Assembly (NCBI GenBank): GCA_001443395.1
Contig: LDXK01000001.1
Coordinates: 153,682-217,681 of the forward strand
Source: a candidate division WWE3 bacterium CSP1-7
GTDB taxonomy: Bacteria > Patescibacteriota > WWE3 > 9FT-COMBO-53-11
Reading direction: 5' to 3'
Length of the DNA stretch: 64,000 nucleotides
The notes under the pieces were generated by a model. It did no database searches and was not told where the DNA came from. It saw only the letters and a program-made list of their open reading frames with translations. Each line of letters opens with the position of its first letter. Positions within the stretch are counted from its first letter, which is position 1. The position numbers and the translations under genes are program-made. Below, piece after piece: positions 8,823-15,883 of the stretch.

Positions 8823-9752
8823 ATGTTCTTGAAAAAAGCCTTTAGAGCAGTTCTGGTTCTTTATAATCTAGTCTTGATTTCCCTGCTGTTGTTCACCGGA
8901 GTGGGGAACACTGGTAATCCCACCGATCGGCTGCTTCTCCTTCTTCTCTCTCCGATCGCGCTGTATTTCGCCCTCGGTTTCCTGCGGACGCTCGCCCGCC
9001 GAAAAATCCTCGCCGGACTGCACAACTTCGCCTTCACGCTGAGCCTGGCTTCCGCCAGCTTTCTTTTCTTCCTCAATGCCTGGAGCGCCACCATCTCGGC
9101 GGATTACCGCTTCGCCCTTCTGGTCCTACCGCTACCCCTCTACTTCTGGGGAACACTGCTGGGCCGTTTGATCCGAGCACTGCGGTCGCCGGAGGAAATC
9201 GGGCCCCAAAAACCAGAACCGGCGGTTTTGCAAGTACCAAAGGAGACCGCGGATTTCCACGAACACCGAACGGAACCAATTACCCTAGCCGAACCGGCGC
9301 TGGCGGAGGCGCCGGAGCCGGAGGAACAGCCGGTCGGCGATCCCAAGCGACGAGACTTTTTGAAGAAAGTCGGCGGAATCGGGCTGGGCCTCCTGACCTA
9401 CTCCCTTTTGAATCCCAAGCAGGCCGGAGCGGCCTTCTTCGGGAGCGTTCCCGGACCGGGAACGGTCGCGGTCAAGGACACCGCCGATGCCAAGATCGAT
9501 CCGGCGATCAAGGGGCTCCAGTCCGTCACGACCCAGTACGGCATCACCGAGATCGATGACGGCGACCCGGCCTACTACGGCTTCGTCAACAAGGACGGCG
9601 CCTGGTATATTTTGCAGGAAGATGAAACGACCGGAGACTACGCCTACCGCTATGCCTCTCCCACCAACAACCCCACCCTTCCGGATTTCACCGACGCGTG
9701 GGACGTCCACGACTCCACCCTCACCTACAACTACTTCGACGGCGCCTTCTAA
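8823..9752 (+). CDS. Membrane protein with an internal twin-arginine (Tat) signal-like segment and a small C-terminal extracytoplasmic domain
   Basis: About 4 N-terminal helices, a Pro/Glu-rich linker, then DPKRRDFLKKVGGIGLGLLTYSLLNPKQAGA|AFF. This matches the RRxFLK consensus plus an h-region plus AxA. The ATG at 8823 was chosen inside ORF 8757..9752. Confidence 0.6.
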   Translation: MFLKKAFRAVLVLYNLVLISLLLFTGVGNTGNPTDRLLLLLLSPIALYFALGFLRTLARRKILAGLHNFAFTLSLASASFLFFLNAWSATISADYRFALLVLPLPLYFWGTLLGRLIRALRSPEEIGPQKPEPAVLQVPKETADFHEHRTEPITLAEPALAEAPEPEEQPVGDPKRRDFLKKVGGIGLGLLTYSLLNPKQAGAAFFGSVPGPGTVAVKDTADAKIDPAIKGLQSVTTQYGITEIDDGDPAYYGFVNKDGAWYILQEDETTGDYAYRYASPTNNPTLPDFTDAWDVHDSTLTYNYFDGAF

Positions 9753-9769
9753 CCCATATTTAAACCCTA

Positions 9770-9799
9770 TTGATTTCTGCTTTCATTTTTTTCTACTAT
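9770..9799 (+). promoter_or_regulatory. Candidate sigma70-type promoter for the second tatA (TTGATT-N18-TACTAT)
   Basis: Motif spacing read from the sequence. It lies 44 nt upstream of the tatA ATG. Confidence 0.35.
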
Positions 9800-9842
9800 T
9801 AGGTTATATGCGAACAGCATACCTGAGAGGAGGTGATATGTA

Positions 9843-9986
9843 ATGTTGGGTGGAATGGGAACAACGGAATTGGTTTTCCTGTCGGCTTTCCTGTTGATTT
9901 TCTTCGGTGGTAAAAAACTTCCCGAGCTCGCGCGCGGTATTGGCGACTCGGTCCGAGAATTTCGCAGGGCCGTCAAGGAAGCCTAA
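9843..9986 (+). CDS. tatA: Twin-arginine translocase subunit TatA/E (47 aa), second copy
   Basis: Absent from the ORF track. Translation is MLGGMGTTELVFLSAFLLIFFGGKKLPELARGIGDSVREFRRAVKEA. A GAGAGGAGGTGA SD lies upstream. Confidence 0.8.
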   Translation: MLGGMGTTELVFLSAFLLIFFGGKKLPELARGIGDSVREFRRAVKEA

Positions 9987-10162
9987 GCGGAAGATCCATG
10001 AATCCGTGGAATAATTCCGCGACGGTCGCGCCCTGCCCATTGCCTTTGCCTCGAGAAAACGAAGTAAAGACAACGCGGGTTAGCCTCCAGTAAATTTCGC
10101 GCTTGAATTATTCCTAATACGTTTTCCGGAAGTCCGGTTTCGGACGGGTTTGTTGCACTCTA

Positions 10163-10196
10163 TTGGACGCTCCGATCAAAGCATCGGAGCTAACAA
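10163..10196 (+). repeat. Hairpin-core intergenic element, copy A1
   Basis: TTGGACG|CTCCGAT-caaagc-ATCGGAG|CTAACA. The 7-bp stem is perfect. Confidence 0.7.
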
Positions 10197-10212
10197 ATCT
10201 TGCCACGTTCGT

Positions 10213-10248
10213 TTGGACGGCTTCCGCCTTGAGCGGAAACCTAGTAAT
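10213..10248 (+). repeat. Hairpin-core intergenic element, copy A2 (in tandem with A1)
   Basis: TTGGACGGC|TTCCGC-cttga-GCGGAA|ACCTAGTAAT. Confidence 0.75.
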
Positions 10249-10305
10249 ATCCGCTTTGCGTCTATTGTACTGCCTCTCTCTATTAAGGTTTAATAGGGAC
10301 GGACG

Positions 10306-12117
10306 GTGAGCACATCTATGCGGACCAATTTCCTCCGGAAAATTAAAAGGGCGTTTCTGCCTTTGGTCGTTCTTGTCGCGCTGGTCCTTTCTCTCGCTCC
10401 CCTGCTGCCGGTCCTAGCCGGCAACGCCGTTCTCTACCTCTCTCCTTCGGGCGGGACTCGCTACGTCGGGTCGAGCTTTGCCGTTTCGGTTCGAATCAAC
10501 AGCGGCTCGCACACCACCAACGCCTACAAGGCGGTGGTAAAGTTTCCGACCGCCCTGCTCGCGGCCACCTCGGTTTCGGTGGGCGGTTCCATCTGCACTC
10601 TCCAGATCAGCGGCTCCCCCAGCTACTCCAACAGCAGTGGTACCGTTAATTTTGAGTGCGGTCACCCCGGCTCTTTCTCGGGAAGCGCCGGGATAATCGG
10701 GACCGTTACTTTCCTCGCCCGGGCGGCCGGCACCGCTAACCTGACCTTTACCTCCGCCTCCCAAGTGAAGGCGGCCGACGGTTTCGGCACCGAGGTCCTG
10801 GGATCCACCAGCGGCGCGATTTTCGACATCCAGCCGGCGCCGGTGAGCGGGCCGGCCGTTTCCTCCGCCACCCATCCCAACCAGGGTTCCTGGTACGCGC
10901 TCAAAGATGTCAGCCTAACTTGGAACCAACCGGCTGGTTCGGACGGCTTCTCCTACCTGCTCAATCAAAAATCCGGCACCATTCCTGATGGAGTCTCCGA
11001 AGGAACCGCAAAGGCCATCGGCTACGAGGGGCTAGCGGACGGAACCTGGTACTTCCACATCCGCGCCCACGGGGACGGCGGCTGGGGAAACACGACCCAC
11101 TTCCGGATCCGCATCGACACCACCCCGCCCGACCCCTTTGAAGTCACCTCAGAACCGCCGGCCGAGAACATCGATTCCGCACCGCTGATCATCGCCTCCG
11201 CCACCGACCGCCCCTCCGGCATTGACCACTACGAGATCTCCATCGATGGCGGCGACTTCGTCCCGGTTCCCGGAATGCCGTACCAGTACGAACGGATCCC
11301 GGAGGGAACCCACACCCTCACCGTCCGGGCGGTGGACAGGGCCGGCAACTACCGCGACAGCTCGCTGGTGATCCACGTGATTGATGTTGTAAACCCCCGC
11401 ATCACCCAACCCGCTAACGGTTCCTACCTCCCCATCCTGGAACAGCTGGTGATCAAGGGAACGGCACCGGCGGGACTGGTCGAGCTTTACCTCAACGGCG
11501 AGCTGATCGCCCAGATCGAGAGCGACGGGAACTTTGAGTTCACCCACAGCGCCTTCCTTCGACCGGGCCGGTATAAGCTTACGGCGATAGCGGTCACGGA
11601 CCGGGGCATCGTCAGCTCCCCCGCCGAAGTCCAGTTCACGGTGGATCCGCGAGCGGTTAGTCTCTTCGGCCTGAATCTCCCCGGCTGGCTGGTCTACAGC
11701 TTCCTGCTGGGGATCATCATCTTGCTCCTCATCCTCCTGATCCGCTATCTCCGCAAGGCCGCCGGCTTTGACGAGCACGTCCGCCAGGACCTGGATCGGA
11801 TCGAGGAGGAAGAGAAGAGGGACTTTGAACAGGCCGAGAAGGAAATGGAGCGGGCGGTCGAGGGAACGCTCGCCGGCCTGACCGAATCCCAGGTCCACCA
11901 GCTCGAACACGAGTTGGAGGAGAAGATCAGGGAATCCGAGGGGGAGGCTCGCGAGAAGCTGGAGGGAGAACTAGACCGGATCCGCCGCCATCACCCGCTG
12001 GCGGGGCGGAAATTCCGGTTTCCCCGGATTAAAATTCCCCGCTTCTTCCTCATCTTTTGGGAGAGGCGAAAGAAGAAAAAAGGAGAGAAAAAAAGAGGAA
12101 CCTACAGGAGATATTGA
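10306..12117 (+). CDS. Cohesin-domain surface protein (paralog 2) with a TM anchor and a charged coiled-coil cytoplasmic tail
   Basis: Collinear with 7274..8746 (cohesin-like module, THPNQGSWY, DTTPPDPF, SGIDHYEISIDG, AVDRAGN). A TM helix follows, then an E/K/R-rich tail of about 120 aa. GTG start, with an alternative ATG at 10318. Confidence 0.75.
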   Translation: MSTSMRTNFLRKIKRAFLPLVVLVALVLSLAPLLPVLAGNAVLYLSPSGGTRYVGSSFAVSVRINSGSHTTNAYKAVVKFPTALLAATSVSVGGSICTLQISGSPSYSNSSGTVNFECGHPGSFSGSAGIIGTVTFLARAAGTANLTFTSASQVKAADGFGTEVLGSTSGAIFDIQPAPVSGPAVSSATHPNQGSWYALKDVSLTWNQPAGSDGFSYLLNQKSGTIPDGVSEGTAKAIGYEGLADGTWYFHIRAHGDGGWGNTTHFRIRIDTTPPDPFEVTSEPPAENIDSAPLIIASATDRPSGIDHYEISIDGGDFVPVPGMPYQYERIPEGTHTLTVRAVDRAGNYRDSSLVIHVIDVVNPRITQPANGSYLPILEQLVIKGTAPAGLVELYLNGELIAQIESDGNFEFTHSAFLRPGRYKLTAIAVTDRGIVSSPAEVQFTVDPRAVSLFGLNLPGWLVYSFLLGIIILLLILLIRYLRKAAGFDEHVRQDLDRIEEEEKRDFEQAEKEMERAVEGTLAGLTESQVHQLEHELEEKIRESEGEAREKLEGELDRIRRHHPLAGRKFRFPRIKIPRFFLIFWERRKKKKGEKKRGTYRRY

Positions 12118-12141
12118 GAAAAGGGGGGTAGGGTTTAGGGT

Positions 12142-12180
12142 CTAGAAAGAAGGAGCCAACTCAGTTAGAAGTTGGGACAA
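12142..12180 (-). repeat. Second, divergent copy of the last 12 codons plus stop of hrcA
   Basis: The minus strand reads TTG TCC CAA CTT CTA ACT GAG TTG GCT CCT TCT TTC TAG, which is LSQLLTELAPSF*. This peptide is identical to the hrcA C-terminus. The 7 nt differences are all synonymous third-position changes. Confidence 0.85.
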
Positions 12181-12220
12181 TTGGACGGCTCGCTTCGCGA
12201 ACCTAGCATTTATCCCAACT
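12181..12220 (+). repeat. Hairpin-core intergenic element, copy A3, with a tail complementary to hrcA codons
   Basis: TTGGACGGC|TCGC-ttc-GCGA|ACCTAGCATT. Positions 12207..12220 (CATTTATCCCAACT) are the perfect reverse complement of 12247..12260. Confidence 0.8.
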
Positions 12221-12947
12221 AGAAGGATGGGGCTAATTCAGTTAGGAGTTGGGATAAATGTCTAACCTGTGGGACAACCACTGGATAGTTGAGGCGGGCC
12301 GGCCCCAAAACCGCGACCACTCCCCCTTTCTGCCCGTTGCCCCAGTGAGAAAAAACCAAACCGACCGGCTCCAGGTTCGCCACTCCCAGCTCCCTCCCAA
12401 TCAGAACCGTGACCGCTTTGGGATCGGAGGCGCGGGAAAAGAGATCCTGCAGGAGATCAAAACTGTCCAAAAGGTTCAGCGCCGCTCGGGTCACGTTGAT
12501 ATCAAAGAATTCAGGATGCTCCAAGACGTTTTTCGTGCCGGCGTGGAAAACCGTTCCTTCATGTGTGGTGACAATGCCGATGTAGCCGGCGGCTTCCGCC
12601 AGGGCCAGGGCCGCTTCCCGCAGCATCCGCCCGGAACTCTGCCGGTACTGAAAAAGGCGCTGTTTCAGCGCCACTTCCTGCAAAACCGGAATCGCCTGCT
12701 CCTGCATTAATGAGGTCAGGAAATAGCGTAGCCCCAACTCGGAGGGGCGGCGGCCGGCGGAAGAGTGTTCCTTTTCGATAAATCCCTCCCGATGCAGGAT
12801 CGCCATCTCGTTCCGCACCGTCGCCGGCGAGAAAGCAAACTGGCGCTTTTCGGTCAGATCCTCCGAACCGATCGGCTGGGCACCGGCAATAAATTCCTCA
12901 ATGATTGCTTTCAAAATGTCGACCTGTCTCGCAGTGAGTTCCGCCAT
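12219..12947 (-). CDS. hrcA: Heat-inducible transcription repressor HrcA (short form, 242 aa)
   Basis: N-terminal winged-helix signature LTARQVDILKAIIEEF...PIGSEDL...SPATVRNEMAILHREGFIEKEHSSAGRRPSELGLRYFL. Confidence 0.85.
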   Translation of the reverse strand: MAELTARQVDILKAIIEEFIAGAQPIGSEDLTEKRQFAFSPATVRNEMAILHREGFIEKEHSSAGRRPSELGLRYFLTSLMQEQAIPVLQEVALKQRLFQYRQSSGRMLREAALALAEAAGYIGIVTTHEGTVFHAGTKNVLEHPEFFDINVTRAALNLLDSFDLLQDLFSRASDPKAVTVLIGRELGVANLEPVGLVFSHWGNGQKGGVVAVLGPARLNYPVVVPQVRHLSQLLTELAPSF

Positions 12948-12951
12948 GTTG

Positions 12952-12978
12952 TTAGCATTTTAACCAAATGATTGATAA
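12952..12978. promoter_or_regulatory. Degenerate CIRCE-like inverted repeat (TTAGCATTT-N9-GATTGATAA)
   Basis: It matches the CIRCE consensus TTAGCACTC-N9-GAGTGCTAA at 14 of 18 arm positions with the exact 9-nt spacer. It lies 5 nt upstream of the hrcA start codon. Confidence 0.5.
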
Positions 12979-13030
12979 AAAAGCAAAAATAAACAAACCC
13001 GAAGGGTTAAAATCCGCAACCCTTCGGGTT
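12975..13030 (-). terminator. Rho-independent terminator of the methyltransferase gene
   Basis: AACCCGAAGGGTT...AACCCTTCGGGTT forms a 13-bp stem. On the minus strand it is followed by TGTTTATTTTTGCTTTTTT. Confidence 0.65.
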
Positions 13031-13044
13031 AGAACGCTCATTCA

Positions 13045-13635
13045 TCAACGTCGGGCAAAGAGATCCAAGAAAACGACATGGCTAGGAACTTCGGACAGAA
13101 GAAGTACTTCGAATCCGGCTTCTCGCGCCAATCGCGCCAACTCCTCAGCGTGGTAGTAGGCGGAGAAAGTCCCTTTCTCGTTGAACCCCTGCCCTTCTCC
13201 CTCCTTCACACTCAGGTAGAGGAAGCCGCCGGGAGATAGGACTCGGTGGATCTCCCGCATCGTCGCCAGTGCTTCCCGGTGCGGAATGTGCAAGAAGGAA
13301 GCACACGCCCAGGCCCCATGAAATGATCCGGCCGCAAATCCTAACCGGCGGATGTCCATCTGGACAAACCGGGCCCGCGGGACCAGGCTCTGGGCGATGT
13401 CGAGGAGTTCGGACGAGAGATCTACTCCCGTCACCTCACAACCCATCTCCCTAAAAGACTTCGCGTCCCGGCCGGGTCCGCAGCCTAGATCCAACACGCG
13501 CGTCCCGACCAAGTTCGTCGAAAAGAGCTCGCGCTGCCGAGCCATCACGGAGGAATCCAACCAATGGGAGGCGTATTCCTCGGCAGACTCGTCGTAGCGC
13601 CGGATGGTTTCAGCCACCGGATCGGACAGTGCCAT
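13045..13635 (-). CDS. Class I SAM-dependent methyltransferase
   Basis: Motif I VLDLGCGPGRDA, motif post-I VTGVDLS, 196 aa. Confidence 0.8.
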   Translation of the reverse strand: MALSDPVAETIRRYDESAEEYASHWLDSSVMARQRELFSTNLVGTRVLDLGCGPGRDAKSFREMGCEVTGVDLSSELLDIAQSLVPRARFVQMDIRRLGFAAGSFHGAWACASFLHIPHREALATMREIHRVLSPGGFLYLSVKEGEGQGFNEKGTFSAYYHAEELARLAREAGFEVLLLSEVPSHVVFLDLFARR

Positions 13636-13711
13636 GATGGTCTCCTCTCCTTCATCAAGGACAACAAATCCAGCATAGATTAGTTTCGAAAAAAAGCAAG
13701 GGAGATCGCGG

Positions 13712-14167
13712 TTAAAGTTCCCGCACCTCGTGGGAAATTAGGGTGGTGTTGTCGCGAAAAGTAAACTTTCCTTCGAAGCGCTTCCCTTCTAAAAGCAGCG
13801 GCAGCCAATGAGGATCATCTTTCCACATCGCATCGTAAGGAATCTCTTCCACGAAGAACCACCGCGGCGCCATTTCCTCGGTCTCGGCCGGTTCTCCCTC
13901 AAAGTCTTCGGCCCGAAATACATGCACGTCCCAGTCGGGAGTCTCCCCGTCCTCAAAGAAGAAGTGCAGAATCCCATGGTGAACCGGGTCCTTGAGAACA
14001 ACCCCGATCTCCTCCCGAGTCTCTCGCAGAACGGCTTCCAACGGCGACTCCCCCGCTTCGATTTTTCCCCCGTATCCATTCCACCAACCCTTCCCAAAAC
14101 TGCGCTTCTTCATCGCCAAGAGGACGCGATTATTTTTGATGATAAATCCCAAAACAGCCGGGGTCAT
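13712..14167 (-). CDS. NUDIX hydrolase (MutT-like)
   Basis: Nudix box GGKIEAGESPLEAVLRETREEIGV. Confidence 0.8.
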   Translation of the reverse strand: MTPAVLGFIIKNNRVLLAMKKRSFGKGWWNGYGGKIEAGESPLEAVLRETREEIGVVLKDPVHHGILHFFFEDGETPDWDVHVFRAEDFEGEPAETEEMAPRWFFVEEIPYDAMWKDDPHWLPLLLEGKRFEGKFTFRDNTTLISHEVREL

Positions 14168-14179
14168 AATGTATTAATT

Positions 14180-15883
14180 CTAAACCAAAAACGCCGCGGG
14201 CGGCATCTCCACTCTGCCAAATTTCGCCAACTTCTTTTTACCTTTCTTCTGCTCCTGCAGCTTTTTCATTTTCCGTTCCACGTGCCCGCCCGAGAGTTTA
14301 GCGAGAACATCCTTGCGGACGGCAGAAATATCTTCCCGCGCCAGGATTTTCCCGGCCGATCGCGCCTGAATGGCGTAGGCAAACAACTGCCGCGGCAAAA
14401 TTTCCTTCAGCTTCTTTAGTTTTTCGCGCCCCATCCGTTCCGCTTCGTCTCGGAGAACAATCTCGGTTAGGCCTTCTACCAGGTCCTCGTGGACAAGAAT
14501 ATCCAATTCAACCAGAGGAGCGGACCGGTAGTCCAAAAACTCCCAGGACAAGGAGGCATAGCCGTGCGAGATACTCTTCAATGCATCATAGAAACCGCGC
14601 ACGAATTCCAAGAGCGGCAGCTCCGCGGAAAATTTGAGCCGATTCCCCAGAGTTTCCGTCTCCCCCAACTTTCCCCGCCGCTCCGCCACCAGCCGCGCCA
14701 CTCTTGCCAGATATTCCGAAGGGGTGAGAACAGTGAGGAGGATCCAGGGCTCCTCTTCCAACCCCCGGAAAGATACTGTTGGCTTGGTCACCACCAACTC
14801 CAGCCCAAACTCCCGCGTCAGCCGCTCCCTCACGATCTCAAGATGAAAAGTCCCCAAAAACCCGATCCGAAATCCCCGGCCAAAGGCGGTGGAAGAAATT
14901 TCCTCGATCGAAATCGCCGGCTCCTCGAGCCGGAGGGTTTGGAGCGCGCGGCGGAACTCCGCAAAATCGGAATTCTTGGCAAAGAAAGAGGCAAAGACAT
15001 AAGACTGGGGCGGCTGGTAACCAGGCAACGCGGTTGTCTGGTTAGTCAAAACAACGGTGTCGCCGACCCGGACCTCTCGCGGATCACGGATTCCGGTCGC
15101 AATCGAGCCGATCTCTCCGGTCCGCAGAGCGAAAGTCGGTTTTCGGTCGGGGGAAAAATAGCCAATCTCCTTGACTTGAGCCGAGGCTTTGGTACCCAAA
15201 AACTTAACGGTCGGACGATTCGCGGACTCAATTTCTCCATCAACCACCCGTACGTAGGCGATCGTTCCCAAATGCGGATCGAAGGTAGAATCAAAAACCA
15301 GTGCCCGGAATGGTTCGATAAGCTTGCCTTGCGGCGGCGGGATTCTTTCCACCACGGCTCGCAAAACTTCATCAATTCCCTCACCCTCAAGAGCGGAGAG
15401 CCGCAGGATTTCTCCTTCGATTCCCAAATCTCGCAACTCCTTTTCGGTTTCGGGGATCCGCGCCAATGGCGAATCAATTTTGTTGATCACGCCAACCACC
15501 GCCAGCCCTAACTCGCGAGCCGTCTCCAGGTGAGAGAGCGTCTGGGCCTGAACTCCTTGAGTGGCATCCACCAACAGAAGGACTCCCTCGCAGGCCGCCA
15601 GGGAGCGGGATACCTCGTAGGAGAAATCGGCGTGGCCGGGGGTGTCAATCATGTTGAGAGAATATTTGGCGGATAGCAGCTCAAAGGGGAGGCGGACGGC
15701 TTTTAGTTTGATGGTCACTCCCCGCTCCGTTTCCAGCTCCATCCGGTCGATCCGGGGGGTTTCCGTCTCGGCCGGGGGAAGCAGGCCCGTCCTCTCCATC
15801 AACCGATCAGCCAGGGTGGACTTGCCGTGGTCAATGTGAGCGATGATCGCAAAATTGCGGATGTTAGCTGTGGACGTGCTCAT
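14180..15883 (-). CDS. lepA: Translation elongation factor 4 (LepA)
   Basis: IRNFAIIAHIDHGKSTLADRL, DTPGHADF, and the LepA C-terminal domain. Confidence 0.95.
   Translation of the reverse strand: MSTSTANIRNFAIIAHIDHGKSTLADRLMERTGLLPPAETETPRIDRMELETERGVTIKLKAVRLPFELLSAKYSLNMIDTPGHADFSYEVSRSLAACEGVLLLVDATQGVQAQTLSHLETARELGLAVVGVINKIDSPLARIPETEKELRDLGIEGEILRLSALEGEGIDEVLRAVVERIPPPQGKLIEPFRALVFDSTFDPHLGTIAYVRVVDGEIESANRPTVKFLGTKASAQVKEIGYFSPDRKPTFALRTGEIGSIATGIRDPREVRVGDTVVLTNQTTALPGYQPPQSYVFASFFAKNSDFAEFRRALQTLRLEEPAISIEEISSTAFGRGFRIGFLGTFHLEIVRERLTREFGLELVVTKPTVSFRGLEEEPWILLTVLTPSEYLARVARLVAERRGKLGETETLGNRLKFSAELPLLEFVRGFYDALKSISHGYASLSWEFLDYRSAPLVELDILVHEDLVEGLTEIVLRDEAERMGREKLKKLKEILPRQLFAYAIQARSAGKILAREDISAVRKDVLAKLSGGHVERKMKKLQEQKKGKKKLAKFGRVEMPPAAFLV

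Noticed and set aside
12181-12210. The idea that the hairpin-core element is a sigma70-type promoter (TTGGAC as -35, TAGCAT as -10).
   Set aside because: The spacing between the two boxes varies from 17 to 23 nt among copies. Two copies point antisense into the 3' ends of hrcA and gap. One copy lies downstream of a bona fide promoter, inside the csoR leader. Canonical TTGACA/TATAAT promoters exist elsewhere in the window. Promoter activity in some copies is not excluded.
12142-12260. The idea that a diversity-generating retroelement (template repeat / variable repeat) explains the duplicated gene ends.
   Set aside because: The differences are not adenine-specific; they include A to G, C to T and A to T. 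The repeats are only about 40 nt long. The encoded peptides are identical, and no reverse transcriptase is nearby.
12968-13156. ORF 12968..13156 (+), which starts inside the CIRCE-like site.
   Set aside because: It runs through a terminator hairpin and lies antisense to the methyltransferase gene. Its product is basic and low-complexity.
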